This document shows positions 38,459 through 48,575 of a stretch of 64,000 nucleotides of DNA, piece by piece. The notes beneath the pieces are model-generated. The model saw only the letters and a list, made by a program, of their open reading frames with translations. It was not told the origin of the DNA and searched no databases. Source of the stretch: Candidatus Hydrogenedens sp. (GTDB lineage Bacteria; Hydrogenedentota; Hydrogenedentia; Hydrogenedentales; JAEUWI01); assembly GCA_016125095.1 (NCBI GenBank), contig WGMK01000010.1:438149-502148 (forward strand), in the 5' to 3' direction. The position numbers and the translations under genes are program-made. Every line of letters starts with the position of its first letter. Within the stretch, counting starts at the first letter, position 1.

Positions 38459-39088
38459 GGCGAGCGTACCCGCGAGCCACTGGGCCGGAGCGTTCGGCTC
38501 ATGGGGACATTCGCCCCACCCTGCGGCCACGGTGATGCTGGACCGGAGCGATCGTATCGCATCTTCCGTCATTGCGAACGCAGTGCGGCAACCTCCTTGG
38601 CGCGTGGGTGTCCATGCGGAGCAGGGTACCGACACCACCGTGCTGGCGGCGGTCTACATGACATTTCTGCGTCGCCGCATCAAAGAGGTTGCCGCGCTCC
38701 GCTCGCAATGACGATGTTGGCGGCCTGGAGGGAGGAAACCCGCGTGATGACGCTGTAAGCGCGGCGGCATGGTAGGGCGAATGTCCCCATGAGCCGAGCG
38801 CGCCGGTCCAGTGGCTCGCGGGTACGCTCGCCTTACCGTGCGGCCATCGTGATGTGCTGGACCGGAGCGGCTGTATCCCTCTTACCGTCATTGCGAACGA
38901 AGTGCGGCAACCTCCTTGGCGCGTGGGTGTCCATGCGGAGCAGGGTACCGACACCACCGTGCTGGCGGCGGTCTACATGACATTTCTGCGTCGCCGCATC
39001 AAAGAGGTTGCCGCGCTCCGCTTGCAATGATGACGTTGGTGGTCTGGGCTCCGGTCCCATAGGTCCCATAAGCCCCATGGGTCCCATG
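38459..39088. repeat. complex structured repeat array: two ~210-bp units, each preceded by a 57-bp element in opposite orientations, plus (G/A)GYCCCAT heptamer repeats
   Basis: 57-bp inverted repeat at 38459-38515 vs 38776-38832. Units at ~38516-38730 and ~38833-39050 are ~95% identical. Each unit contains a 27-bp internal inverted repeat (38570-38596 vs 38685-38711). Heptamers lie at 39053-39088. Confidence 0.85.
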
Positions 39089-39113
39089 AAATATTGCGCG
39101 CGGCGACGTCGCC

Positions 39114-41645
39114 CTACTTCACGACCAGGTTCACCATCTTGCCGGGGACGTAGATTTCTTTCACCAGCGTGACGCCTTCGAGGTACTTGGCGACGCCTTC
39201 GTCGGCTTTGGCGGCGGCGAGGATGTCGTCTTTGCCGGCGTCGGCGGGCACGGCCACCTTCGCGCGGAGCTTGCCGTTCACCTGCACGGGCAGCTCGATG
39301 GTGGATTCCACCAGCAGCGATTCGTCGTAGGCGGGCCAGGGCTCGTAGGCGAGGGTATCGGCATGGCCGAGGCGCTGCCAGAGTTCTTCCGCGAGATGCG
39401 GCGCGAAGGGCGCGAGCACCAGCACGAATTGCTCCGCAGCGGCGCGGTCGACCGATTCGGCCTTGAGCGCGGCGTTCACGAATTCCATCATGCGGGAGAT
39501 GGCGGTGTTGAACAGCAGGTGCTCGATATCGTGCCCCACGGCCTTGATGGTCTTGTGCAGCTGCTTGGTCACTTCGGCGCTGCCGCTTTCCGCCACTATG
39601 CGCGGGTGCAGGCCGCCGTCTTCCGTCACATAGAGCGACCACACGCGCTTGAGGAAGCGGAACACGCCCTGCACGCCTTCGTCGTTCCACGGCTTCTCGC
39701 GGTCGAGCGGCCCCATGAACATCTCGTACAACCGCATCGAATCCGCGCCGTACTCGCGGATCACGTCGTCGGGATTGACTACGTTAAACCGCGACTTCGA
39801 CATTTTTTCGACCTGGGTATTTACCGGCTCGCTGGATTCCTTGGCATGCCACTGGTCGCCGCGCTTTTCCACCTCGTGCGGGTAGTAATACTTCCCCTTC
39901 GCATCGCGGTACGAATACGCGAGAATCATCCCTTGGTTAAACAGCTTCTGGAAAGGCTCGCTGGTGCTGACGTGTCCGGCGTCGTAGAGGACCTTGTGCC
40001 AGAAGCGCGAGTAGAGCAGGTGGAGCACGGCGTGTTCGGCGCCGCCGATGTAAAGATCGACGGGCATCCAGTATTGCTCGGCCTCCTTGCTCCAGGCCTC
40101 GTCCGGGTTGCGCGGATCGCAGAAGCGCAGGTAGTACCAGCACGAGCCCGCCCACTGCGGCATGGTGTTGGTTTCGCGCTGCGCGGGCGCGCCGGTCTCG
40201 GGGTCCGTGGTATTCAGCCATTCCTCGGCGCGGGCGAGCGGCGGCTGGCCGTCGGCCGTGGGTTTGTAGTCCGTCAGTTCGGGCAGCAGCACCGGCAGGT
40301 CGTTCATCGGCAGCGCCTTCACGGTGCCGTCCTCGAGCCGGACAATCGGGAAGGGCTCGCCCCAATAGCGCTGGCGCGAAAACAGCCAGTCGCGTAGTTT
40401 GTAGTTCACGGTGCCCTTGCCGATGCCCTCGGCCTCGAGCCACGCCGCCATCTTCTTCTTGGCGGTCGGCACGTCGAGTCCGTCGAGGAAGCCGGAATTC
40501 ACGAGCGTGCCGTTGCCGGTCCAGGCCTCTTCCTGCACATCCACCTCGCCGCCGCCGATTACCTCGATGATATCGAGGCCGAACTTCTTCGCGAACTCGT
40601 GGTCGCGGGTGTCGTGCGCGGGCACGGCCATAATCGCGCCGTAGCCGTATTCAGCCAGCACGTAGTCCGCCGTCCAGATGGGCACGAGCTTGCCGTTCAC
40701 CGGATTGATGGCATGCGCCCCGGTGAATACGCCGGTCTTCTGCTGCTCGTCGCGCATGCGTTCCTGCGCGCTCTTCTTCTTCGTAGCCTCGACATAGGCC
40801 AGCACCTCGGCGCGCTGGGCCTCCGAGGCTATCTCGAGCGTGAGGGCGTGGTCGGGCGCGAGCACGCAATAGGTGGCACCGAAGAGCGTATCGGGCCGCG
40901 TGGTGAACACGGTGAACTCGTGCCCGGCATCCGCCACCTTGAAGGTCACGTCCGCGCCTTCGCTGCGGCCGATCCACTCGCGCTGCATGGCCTTGATGCC
41001 TTCCGGCCAGTCCAGATCGTCCAGTCCCGACAGCAACTGCTCGGCGTACTTGGTGATGCGCAGCATCCACTGCCGCATCATCCGCTTCTCCACCGGGTCG
41101 CCCGTCTCCACGTAGACGCCGTCCTTCACCTCTTCATTGGCGAGCACGGTGTTCAGCGCGGGGCACCAGTTCACCGGCGCCTCGATTTCATAGGCCAGCC
41201 CGCGTTCGAGCAGCACGGTGAAAATCCACTGCGTCCACTTGTAGTAATCCGGGTCCGTCGTGTTGATCTCGCGGTCCCAGTCGTAGGAAAGCCCCAGCGA
41301 CTGAATCTGCTGACGGAAGGTGTCGCAGTTCTTGTTGGTAATGATGGCCGGATGCTCGCCCGTGCGCACGGCATGGCGCTCGGCCGGCAGGCCGAAGGCG
41401 TCCCAGCCCATCGGGTGCAGCACGTTGAAGCCCTGCATCCGCTTGTAGCGCGCGACGATGTCGGTGGCGGTGTAGCCTTCCGGATGCCCCACATGCAGCC
41501 CCGCGCCGCTCGGATAGGGGAACATGTCCAGCACGTAGTACTTGGGCCTGGACGTGTCGAGCGTGGTCTTGAAGGTCTTCTTCCCGACCCAGAAGTCCTG
41601 CCATTTCTTCTCAATCGCGTGGAATTCGTACGTGCCGCCGGACAT
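39114..41645 (-). CDS. leuS: leucyl-tRNA synthetase
   Basis: HIGH-region [18 protein letters not shown] and a KMSKS motif ([10 protein letters not shown]). Start chosen at [16 protein letters not shown]. Confidence 0.93.
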   Translation of the reverse strand: MSGGTYEFHAIEKKWQDFWVGKKTFKTTLDTSRPKYYVLDMFPYPSGAGLHVGHPEGYTATDIVARYKRMQGFNVLHPMGWDAFGLPAERHAVRTGEHPAIITNKNCDTFRQQIQSLGLSYDWDREINTTDPDYYKWTQWIFTVLLERGLAYEIEAPVNWCPALNTVLANEEVKDGVYVETGDPVEKRMMRQWMLRITKYAEQLLSGLDDLDWPEGIKAMQREWIGRSEGADVTFKVADAGHEFTVFTTRPDTLFGATYCVLAPDHALTLEIASEAQRAEVLAYVEATKKKSAQERMRDEQQKTGVFTGAHAINPVNGKLVPIWTADYVLAEYGYGAIMAVPAHDTRDHEFAKKFGLDIIEVIGGGEVDVQEEAWTGNGTLVNSGFLDGLDVPTAKKKMAAWLEAEGIGKGTVNYKLRDWLFSRQRYWGEPFPIVRLEDGTVKALPMNDLPVLLPELTDYKPTADGQPPLARAEEWLNTTDPETGAPAQRETNTMPQWAGSCWYYLRFCDPRNPDEAWSKEAEQYWMPVDLYIGGAEHAVLHLLYSRFWHKVLYDAGHVSTSEPFQKLFNQGMILAYSYRDAKGKYYYPHEVEKRGDQWHAKESSEPVNTQVEKMSKSRFNVVNPDDVIREYGADSMRLYEMFMGPLDREKPWNDEGVQGVFRFLKRVWSLYVTEDGGLHPRIVAESGSAEVTKQLHKTIKAVGHDIEHLLFNTAISRMMEFVNAALKAESVDRAAAEQFVLVLAPFAPHLAEELWQRLGHADTLAYEPWPAYDESLLVESTIELPVQVNGKLRAKVAVPADAGKDDILAAAKADEGVAKYLEGVTLVKEIYVPGKMVNLVVK

Positions 41646-41834
41646 GGTTATACATACCTCAGAATGCGTGTAATGCGGGGAAAGCGCCAAGGATAGCACA
41701 CGAAAGCCGCGCGTTGCGCCAAGACGGTAAACTCTTTGTGCGGCTGCGCCGCAAGGTGGAGGCTCTCTCTTCGAGAGGATGCCATGCTATCGTATCCACC
41801 TGAACCGCAATTCCTTCCGGAGACGTCCCGTTTC

Positions 41835-42737
41835 ATGTGTCATCTCCTTGCTGTTTTTCTGATGCTGCTGTGCGGAGGCGCCGCCGCCCAGCCCGGCCCG
41901 CCGCCGCGTCCGTCGGTGCCTCCGCGTCCGGTCGCGCCGACTTCCCCTACGCCGGAGGGCGAGGGCCAGGCCGAGTTGCGCATCACCATCGAGCCCGGTC
42001 CCCCGCAGCCTGGCGCGCCGGCGATGCAGGCGGTGGTGCACTATCAGGACCGTGTTGCATGCACACGGGCGCTGCCGGCGGGTGCGAACCTGGCGCTGCC
42101 GTTGAGCGACGGCGTGGATGTCACGGGCGATGGCGTGCCCGACGCGGTCATCGAGCTCTATACCGGCGGGGCGCACTGCTGCTACAACTACCTGATTCTC
42201 GGCGGCGACAACCCCTGCATCCCGGCGGCCACGCTGAACGCGGCCAACAGCGGCGTGGAAATCCAGAACATCGACGACGACCCGGCGGCGGAATTCCTCG
42301 CGGCGGACTGGACGCTCGAGTATTGGAACGCCGACTACGCCGACAGCCTGTCGTTCTACGCCATCCTTGAGTTCAAGGACGGGGCGCTTGTACCGGACCA
42401 GCAGGCGATGCAGTTGCCTGCGCCGGAACCCGAGGATAAGGAGAAGCTCGAGGCAATTTTCGCGGAAACCTGGAACGAACCCGACCCGCCCGGGTGGCAT
42501 TGCGAGCCCCGGGTGCCGCGCGCGTGGTACGAGCGCGCGGGCAAGCTGGTTTACGGCGGCAACGGCGAAGTCGCTCTCGCGCTCATGCGGGCCACCTTCC
42601 AAGGCACCGAAGCCGAGGCAAAGGCCGCCTGCGAGGGGTTCTTCGCCCAGTTGTCCAAGAGCCCTTGGTGGCCCGGCATCGCCGCCATGAACGGCTGGGA
42701 AGGCGAAACCCCGGAAACCATCTGCGCCGAACGATAG
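41835..42737 (+). CDS. secreted hypothetical protein
   Basis: Start chosen at MCHLLAVFLMLLCGGAAAQP (signal peptide). A Pro-rich linker follows, and no known motifs are recognisable. Confidence 0.45.
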   Translation: MCHLLAVFLMLLCGGAAAQPGPPPRPSVPPRPVAPTSPTPEGEGQAELRITIEPGPPQPGAPAMQAVVHYQDRVACTRALPAGANLALPLSDGVDVTGDGVPDAVIELYTGGAHCCYNYLILGGDNPCIPAATLNAANSGVEIQNIDDDPAAEFLAADWTLEYWNADYADSLSFYAILEFKDGALVPDQQAMQLPAPEPEDKEKLEAIFAETWNEPDPPGWHCEPRVPRAWYERAGKLVYGGNGEVALALMRATFQGTEAEAKAACEGFFAQLSKSPWWPGIAAMNGWEGETPETICAER

Positions 42738-43100
42738 AGATGGATGGCATATTCCGGCCTAACCACGGCAGTGGTTAATTGATTGTAGCCCCGGGTCGGT
42801 CGGCGTCTTCGACGACCCACCCGGGGTAAAGCGGCCGCCATGACAACCGCGGAAGCGGTTGATGAAATTCTCGCTTGGCCAAGCCGGTTCAGCAACCGCT
42901 GCCGCGGTTGGTTGTGGACCGCGTTTGTCCCCGGGTAGCTCCGCGAAGCGCGGCGCAACCCGGGCTTCGATAAATCAACTGCTGCCGCAGTTGGGAAGAG
43001 CGGACCGTTACGCCTGCACGATACTTCCGCCGTCGGGACGCTGGCGCGCCCTCGTAAGTGGTTGCTATACTTCCGGCTTCGTATTCACCGGGAGCCGTAC

Positions 43101-44342
43101 ATGAGCCACGAAACCACCATTACCGTCGAGGTCCGCGAGGACCATTTGGACCTGTTGGCGCGCACGAAGCCGATGACGGCGCTGGCGGAACTGATCTGGA
43201 ACGCGCTGGACGCCGAGGCGACCGAGGTGCGGGTGGTCTTCGAGGAGAACGAACTGGGCGGGCTGGAGGCGGTGCGTATCGTGGACAACGGCACGGGCCT
43301 GCGGCACGACGACGCGCTCATCGTCTTCCGGAACCTGGGTGGCTCTTGGAAGCGCCAGGGGCCGCGCACGACGGACCGCCCGCGCGCACTGCACGGCAAG
43401 TTCGGCAAGGGCCGATTCCGCGCGTTTTCGCTGGGACACGACGTGCGCTGGAATTCGGTGTTCGAAGACCAGGGCCAGCGCCGTACCTTCACCGTGAGCG
43501 GCAAGGCCTCGCGCCTGGGCGAGTTCGTGGTGAGCGATGCCGAGGGGGCCGATGCCGCTGCCGGCATGCAGGTGGAAATCACCAACGTGTCGAACGCCGC
43601 AAACCTGTTGCGCGGCGTGAAGGCGAACCAGGAAGTGACCGACACCTTCGCGCTCTACCTGCGCCAATACCCGGGCGTGCGGATTATCTACGACAACACC
43701 CCGCTCGACCCCGCGAATTCGGAGCGGCACTTTACCGAGTACGCCTTGGAGCCGATGGTGACCGAGAACGGCGATCCGGTGACGGCAGCGCTGACGGTGG
43801 TCGAGTGGAACATTTCCGGCAAGCGTGGCGTGTTCCTGTGCGACGCCGAGGGTTTCGCATTGCACAACGGGCTGCCCCGGCTGCATTTCCGGGGCTTCAG
43901 TTATACCGCGTACATCAAGTCGTCGCACATCGAGGCGCTCGAGCGGCAGGGCCTGCTGCAGGCGGGAGAGCTTTCGGCCGATGTGCGACAATTGCTCGAC
44001 GCAGCGCGCGCCAAGCTGCGCGAGCACTTCGCGCTGCGCGAAGCCGAGCGCGCCCAGGACGTGCTCGCCGACTGGCGGGAGATGGGATTATACCCCTACG
44101 CAGGCGAGCCTCGGGATGAAAATGAATCCAACGAGCGCCGCATCTTCGATATCTACGCCACCCACTTGAACCAGATCTCGCCCGATTTCGCTTCGTGGCC
44201 ACTACAGAACAAGCGTCTGGTCCTTCAGCTCATCCAGGAACTCGTGCGCACCGAGCCGACCCGGGTCGCCCATATTCTCGACAGCGTCATCGAATTTCCG
44301 GAAGAGAAGGAGGGGGAAATTCTGGAGTTGGTACAGTCATGA
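43101..44342 (+). CDS. GHKL-superfamily ATPase (HATPase_c_3/MORC-like Bergerat fold) with ~250 aa C-terminal domain of unknown function
   Basis: Bergerat-fold motifs ELIWNALDA (ExxxNxxD), VDNGTGL (DxGxG) and GKFGKGRF (GxxGxG). The stop overlaps the downstream gene start (ATGA). Confidence 0.65.
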   Translation: MSHETTITVEVREDHLDLLARTKPMTALAELIWNALDAEATEVRVVFEENELGGLEAVRIVDNGTGLRHDDALIVFRNLGGSWKRQGPRTTDRPRALHGKFGKGRFRAFSLGHDVRWNSVFEDQGQRRTFTVSGKASRLGEFVVSDAEGADAAAGMQVEITNVSNAANLLRGVKANQEVTDTFALYLRQYPGVRIIYDNTPLDPANSERHFTEYALEPMVTENGDPVTAALTVVEWNISGKRGVFLCDAEGFALHNGLPRLHFRGFSYTAYIKSSHIEALERQGLLQAGELSADVRQLLDAARAKLREHFALREAERAQDVLADWREMGLYPYAGEPRDENESNERRIFDIYATHLNQISPDFASWPLQNKRLVLQLIQELVRTEPTRVAHILDSVIEFPEEKEGEILELVQS

Positions 44343-46243
44343 TTCTCACCACGTCCCTTGCTTTCGTCGCTGCCACGCTCGCCGCCGATTCGCTTCCGGA
44401 ATCCATCCGGCTGCCGTACAACCATCCGGGGCTGGTGGTCGACCTCGGCGTGGGGCTGTGGGCTTCGCCCTTCCCGATGGATTTCGACGGCGATGGCGAC
44501 CCGGACTTGCTGGTGGCCTGTGCCGACACGCCGAGCAACGGCATCTACTTCTTCGAGAACCCCGGCGGCTCGGACACGCCGGTGTTCAAGCCCGGGGTGC
44601 GCATCGGCGAGGCGGTGCACAACACCACAATTTCCTATACCGGCGGCAAGCCGATCATGGCACGTCCGAAGGAAGTCTATCCGGACTTCGGCCCGGACGG
44701 CTGGGGCAAGCGCGAAAAGATAGACTTTGTGTTCAAGGAGGATCTCGGCAAGACGCGGGCGAACCAATGGAAGTTCGCCGACTACGACGGCAACGGCGCG
44801 CGCGACCTGGTCCTCGGCATTGGCGTGTGGGCGGACTACGGCTGGGACGACGCCTGGAACGAACGCGGCGAATGGCAGAACGGGCCGCTGCACGGCTATG
44901 TGTACGTGGTGCCGAATACGGGAACGAATGACGCGCCGGAATACGGCGAGCCTTTCCGTGTGCAGGCGGGCGGCAGCGATGTCGATACCTACGGCTGCCC
45001 CTCGCCCAACTTCGCGGACTTCGACAACGATGGCGACCTCGACCTGTTGACCGGGGAGTTTCTGGACCGGCTGACCTACTTCGAGAACACCGGTACGCGC
45101 TCCGAGCCGGTTTATGCCGCCGGGCGGTTCATCCAGCAGGACCGGAAGACCCTGCATCTCGACCTGCAAATGCTCCAGGTGGTGGCCTTCGATTGGAACC
45201 AGGACGGCCACACGGACGTCATCGTCGGCAAGGAAGACGGTCGTGTGGTGTACCTGCGCCACACGGGCTGGCAGCAAGGTGGCGTGCCCTTGTTCGATCC
45301 GCCGGTGTATTTCCAGCAGGAGGCGGTGCATGTGAAAACCGGCGCACTATCGACGCCGTATGGCATCGACTGGGACGGCGATGGCGACGACGATATTCTC
45401 TCCGGCGACACGGCGGGCTACCTCAACTTCGTTGAAAATCTCGGGGGCGATCCGCCGCAGTGGGCGGCACCGGTTTACCTGAAGGCCGACGGCGAGACGA
45501 TCCGCATCCAGGCCGGTCCGAACGGCAGCATCCAGGGGCCAGCCGAGGCGAAGTGGGGCTACACCGTGCTGAACGCCGCCGACTGGAACCACGACGGCCT
45601 GCCAGACCTCGTCATCAACTCCATCTGGGGGCGCGTCGAGTGGTTCGAGAACATCGGCACGCGCACCGAGCCGAAGCTCAAGGCCGCCCAACCCATCGAG
45701 GTGGAATGGAAGGGGAAGACGCCCAAGCCCGCATGGACCTGGTGGAAGCCGAAGGGCGACGAACTGGTGACGCAATGGCGCACGACGCCCATCGTCTACG
45801 ACTGGAACGGAGACGGCCTGAACGACCTCGCCATGCTCGACACCGAGGGGTACTTTTCCCTGTACGAGCGCGCGAAGAAGCGGCGCAAGCTGGTGCTGCT
45901 GCCGCCGCAGCGCGTGTTTCTAGACGAAGCCGGCCAGCCGCTGCGCCTGAACGAGCGCACCGCGGGCGGCAGCGGACGCCGCAAAATCGCCGTGACCGAC
46001 TGGGATGGCGACGGCCTGCCCGATTTGCTACTGAACAGTTCCAGCGCGGACTGGATGCGCTGCGTGTCGGCGGAAGGCGGCACCTGGCGTTTCGCCGCGC
46101 CGCAATTGCTCGACGGCCGCAAGGTGGCCGGCCACACCAGTTGCCCCGCCACGGTGGATTGGGACCAGAACGGCATTCCGGATCTGCTGGTAGGGGCCGA
46201 AGACGGCTTCTTCTACTACCTGAAGAATCCGCGTTCGAAGTAG
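44339..46243 (+). CDS. secreted FG-GAP/VCBS-repeat beta-propeller protein
   Basis: Signal peptide MILTTSLAFVAATLAA. Nine or more FG-GAP-like repeats (DFDGDGDPDLLV, DYDGNGARDLVLG, DWDGDGDDDILSGD, DWNGDGLNDLAMLD ...). Confidence 0.75.
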   Translation: MILTTSLAFVAATLAADSLPESIRLPYNHPGLVVDLGVGLWASPFPMDFDGDGDPDLLVACADTPSNGIYFFENPGGSDTPVFKPGVRIGEAVHNTTISYTGGKPIMARPKEVYPDFGPDGWGKREKIDFVFKEDLGKTRANQWKFADYDGNGARDLVLGIGVWADYGWDDAWNERGEWQNGPLHGYVYVVPNTGTNDAPEYGEPFRVQAGGSDVDTYGCPSPNFADFDNDGDLDLLTGEFLDRLTYFENTGTRSEPVYAAGRFIQQDRKTLHLDLQMLQVVAFDWNQDGHTDVIVGKEDGRVVYLRHTGWQQGGVPLFDPPVYFQQEAVHVKTGALSTPYGIDWDGDGDDDILSGDTAGYLNFVENLGGDPPQWAAPVYLKADGETIRIQAGPNGSIQGPAEAKWGYTVLNAADWNHDGLPDLVINSIWGRVEWFENIGTRTEPKLKAAQPIEVEWKGKTPKPAWTWWKPKGDELVTQWRTTPIVYDWNGDGLNDLAMLDTEGYFSLYERAKKRRKLVLLPPQRVFLDEAGQPLRLNERTAGGSGRRKIAVTDWDGDGLPDLLLNSSSADWMRCVSAEGGTWRFAAPQLLDGRKVAGHTSCPATVDWDQNGIPDLLVGAEDGFFYYLKNPRSK

Positions 46244-46349
46244 CCCGCCGCCGGTAGGCATGGCTCGGAAACGCCGCTCGGAGTGCGCATCGTTTACTTG
46301 CCCATAGGGCGGGCTTTATAATCCGCAGTCTTTGGCGCAAGGAGTCGAT

Positions 46350-47363
46350 ATGATACGCGTAGGGATAGTGGGAGCGACGGGATACGGCGGCCGGGAAATC
46401 ATCCGGGTGCTGCTGGGACATGCCGGGTCGAAGCTGACGATGCTGGCCTCGACGAGCCGCGTCGGCCAGCACGCCGACGAGGTGCTGCCCGCTTTCCGCG
46501 GCGCGACCGATCTGACCTTCGAGGCCTACGACGCGAAAAAGCTGGCGTCGGAATGCGACGTCGTGTTCATCGCCGTGCCGAGCAAGGAATCCATGGAACC
46601 GGCGGCGGAACTGGTGGCCGAGGGCGCGCGGGTTATCGACATCGGCCCGGATTTCCGGCTGAAAGATCCCCACGCCTGGGAGTTGTACTACGGCACGCCG
46701 CACCGGGTACGCGACCTGCTGCCGGACGCCGTATACGGGCTCGTGCCCTGGTACCGCGAGGCCATCAAGAATGCCAGCCTCGTGGCGGTGCCGGGTTGTT
46801 ACCCCATTAGCATTATCCTCGCGCTGCGGCCCATCCTGGACGCCGGCCTGTCCGACGTCCCGATCGTCATCGACGCGATCTCCGGCGCATCGGGCGCGGG
46901 GCGCGGCCTGGCAGAAGGGCTGCATTTCGCGGAATTGAACGAAAACGTCCGGGCCTACAAGCTGGGCGTGCATCAGCATGTGCCCGAAATCGAGCAGGAA
47001 TTGCAGTACAAGACCGTGGTGCAGTTCACGCCGCACGTGGGGCCCTACACCCGGGGCATTCTGTCCACCATCACCGTGCGGCCGAAGCACCTGTTCGACC
47101 CCGCGCCGTACTTCGAGGTGTATAAGAACGAGCCTTTCGTGCGCGTGCTGGGCGAGGGCACCCTGCCCGAGCTGAACCACGTGCGCGGCTCGAATTACAC
47201 CGACGTGGGCTGGAAGCGCGACGAGCGCACAGGCAACCTGCTGCTCGTGAGCGCGGTAGACAACCTGATGGGCGGCACTGCGGGCATGGCCGTGCAGTGC
47301 ATGAACCTTATGTTCGGCCTGGACGAAGCCGAGGGCCTGCGGATTGGAGCGCTGTCGCCATGA
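46350..47363 (+). CDS. argC: N-acetyl-gamma-glutamyl-phosphate reductase
   Basis: GATGYGG Rossmann motif and the active-site region AVPGCYP. Confidence 0.9.
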   Translation: MIRVGIVGATGYGGREIIRVLLGHAGSKLTMLASTSRVGQHADEVLPAFRGATDLTFEAYDAKKLASECDVVFIAVPSKESMEPAAELVAEGARVIDIGPDFRLKDPHAWELYYGTPHRVRDLLPDAVYGLVPWYREAIKNASLVAVPGCYPISIILALRPILDAGLSDVPIVIDAISGASGAGRGLAEGLHFAELNENVRAYKLGVHQHVPEIEQELQYKTVVQFTPHVGPYTRGILSTITVRPKHLFDPAPYFEVYKNEPFVRVLGEGTLPELNHVRGSNYTDVGWKRDERTGNLLLVSAVDNLMGGTAGMAVQCMNLMFGLDEAEGLRIGALSP

Positions 47364-48571
47364 GTAAGGCCATCGAAGGCGGCGTCTGCGCCCCCATGGG
47401 ATTCCGGGCTGCCGGTGTCGCCGCAGGCATCAAGAAGCCCGGCAGCGAAAAGAAGGACTGCGCGCTGATCGTTTCGGACACCGAGGCGACGGCGGCGGGG
47501 CTGTTCACCACGAACCTGTTCAAGGCCGCGCCCGTGCGATGGACCGAGGGGGTGTGTATCCGGGGCAAGGCTCGGGCCGTGTTCTGCAACAGCGGCGTGG
47601 CCAACGCGGTCACCGGCAGCATTGGGCTCGAGAACGCCCAGCGCATGGCCGAGGTCGTCGCGGCGGGAATCGATGCGCCCATCATCCAGGTCTGCGTGGC
47701 CAGCACCGGGGTCATCGGCATGCAGCTGCCCATGGACCGGATTGAAAAGGGCATCGCGGGCTGCCTCGAGGCTTTGCGCCCCGACGGCGGAGCCGATGCC
47801 GCGCGCGCTATCATGACCACCGATACCGTGCCGAAGGAGATGGCGGTCGAGGTGGAGTTGAGCCTCGGTTCGGTGCGTATTGGCGCCATCGCCAAGGGCT
47901 CCGGCATGATCAATCCGAACATGGCGACGATGCTCGCGTATATCACCACGGATGCCGCCCTGAGCAGCGAGGCGCTCGATGCCGCGCTCCGGCCTGCCGT
48001 GGATAATTCATTTAACTGTATCTGCGTCGACAACGACATGAGCACGAGCGACATGGTCGTGTGCCTCGCCAACGGCGCGGCGGGCCTGCCGTCGCTCAAG
48101 CCGGGCACGCCCGATTTTGCCGTCTTTGCCGAGGCGCTGCACGAGGTCTGCACCGCGATGGCGCAGGCGCTGGTGCGCGACGGTGAAGGCGCGAGCAAGT
48201 TTATCGAGATAGCGGTGGCGGGCGCGGCGGACGACGCGACGGCCAAGCAGATCGCGCGGGCCATTGCGCAGTCGCAACTCTGCAAGACGGCCTTCGCGGG
48301 TGAAGACGCCAACTGGGGCCGCATCGCCTGCGCGGCGGGCTATTCCGGCGCGGCCTTCAATCCGGAGCGCGTGTCCATTTCGCTGAGCGGACTCGAGGTC
48401 GTGCACGAGGGCCTGCCGACCGGCTACGCCGAGACGGATGCCGCGGCCCGCATGAAGGAGCACGACATCCGCATCGATATCCGCGTGGGTGACGGCGCCG
48501 GTTCGTGCGTATTCTGGACCTCCGACCTCACGCACGAGTACGTTTCTATCAACGCCGACTACAGGTCCTGA
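47360..48571 (+). CDS. argJ: bifunctional ornithine acetyltransferase / N-acetylglutamate synthase
   Basis: ArgJ-like throughout (GFRAAGVAAGIKK, MTTDT, ATMLAYITTDA); ATGA overlap with argC. Confidence 0.9.
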   Translation: MSKAIEGGVCAPMGFRAAGVAAGIKKPGSEKKDCALIVSDTEATAAGLFTTNLFKAAPVRWTEGVCIRGKARAVFCNSGVANAVTGSIGLENAQRMAEVVAAGIDAPIIQVCVASTGVIGMQLPMDRIEKGIAGCLEALRPDGGADAARAIMTTDTVPKEMAVEVELSLGSVRIGAIAKGSGMINPNMATMLAYITTDAALSSEALDAALRPAVDNSFNCICVDNDMSTSDMVVCLANGAAGLPSLKPGTPDFAVFAEALHEVCTAMAQALVRDGEGASKFIEIAVAGAADDATAKQIARAIAQSQLCKTAFAGEDANWGRIACAAGYSGAAFNPERVSISLSGLEVVHEGLPTGYAETDAAARMKEHDIRIDIRVGDGAGSCVFWTSDLTHEYVSINADYRS

Positions 48572-48575
48572 AGCG

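Noticed and set aside
38420-38980. Small ORFs inside the repeat array (72, 85, 63 and 152 aa; MVSVPCSAWTPTRQGGCRT... duplicated).
   Set aside because: They are duplicated only because the DNA unit is duplicated. The starts are GTG read-throughs of the repeat and there is no RBS, so I treat the region as non-coding structured repeats.
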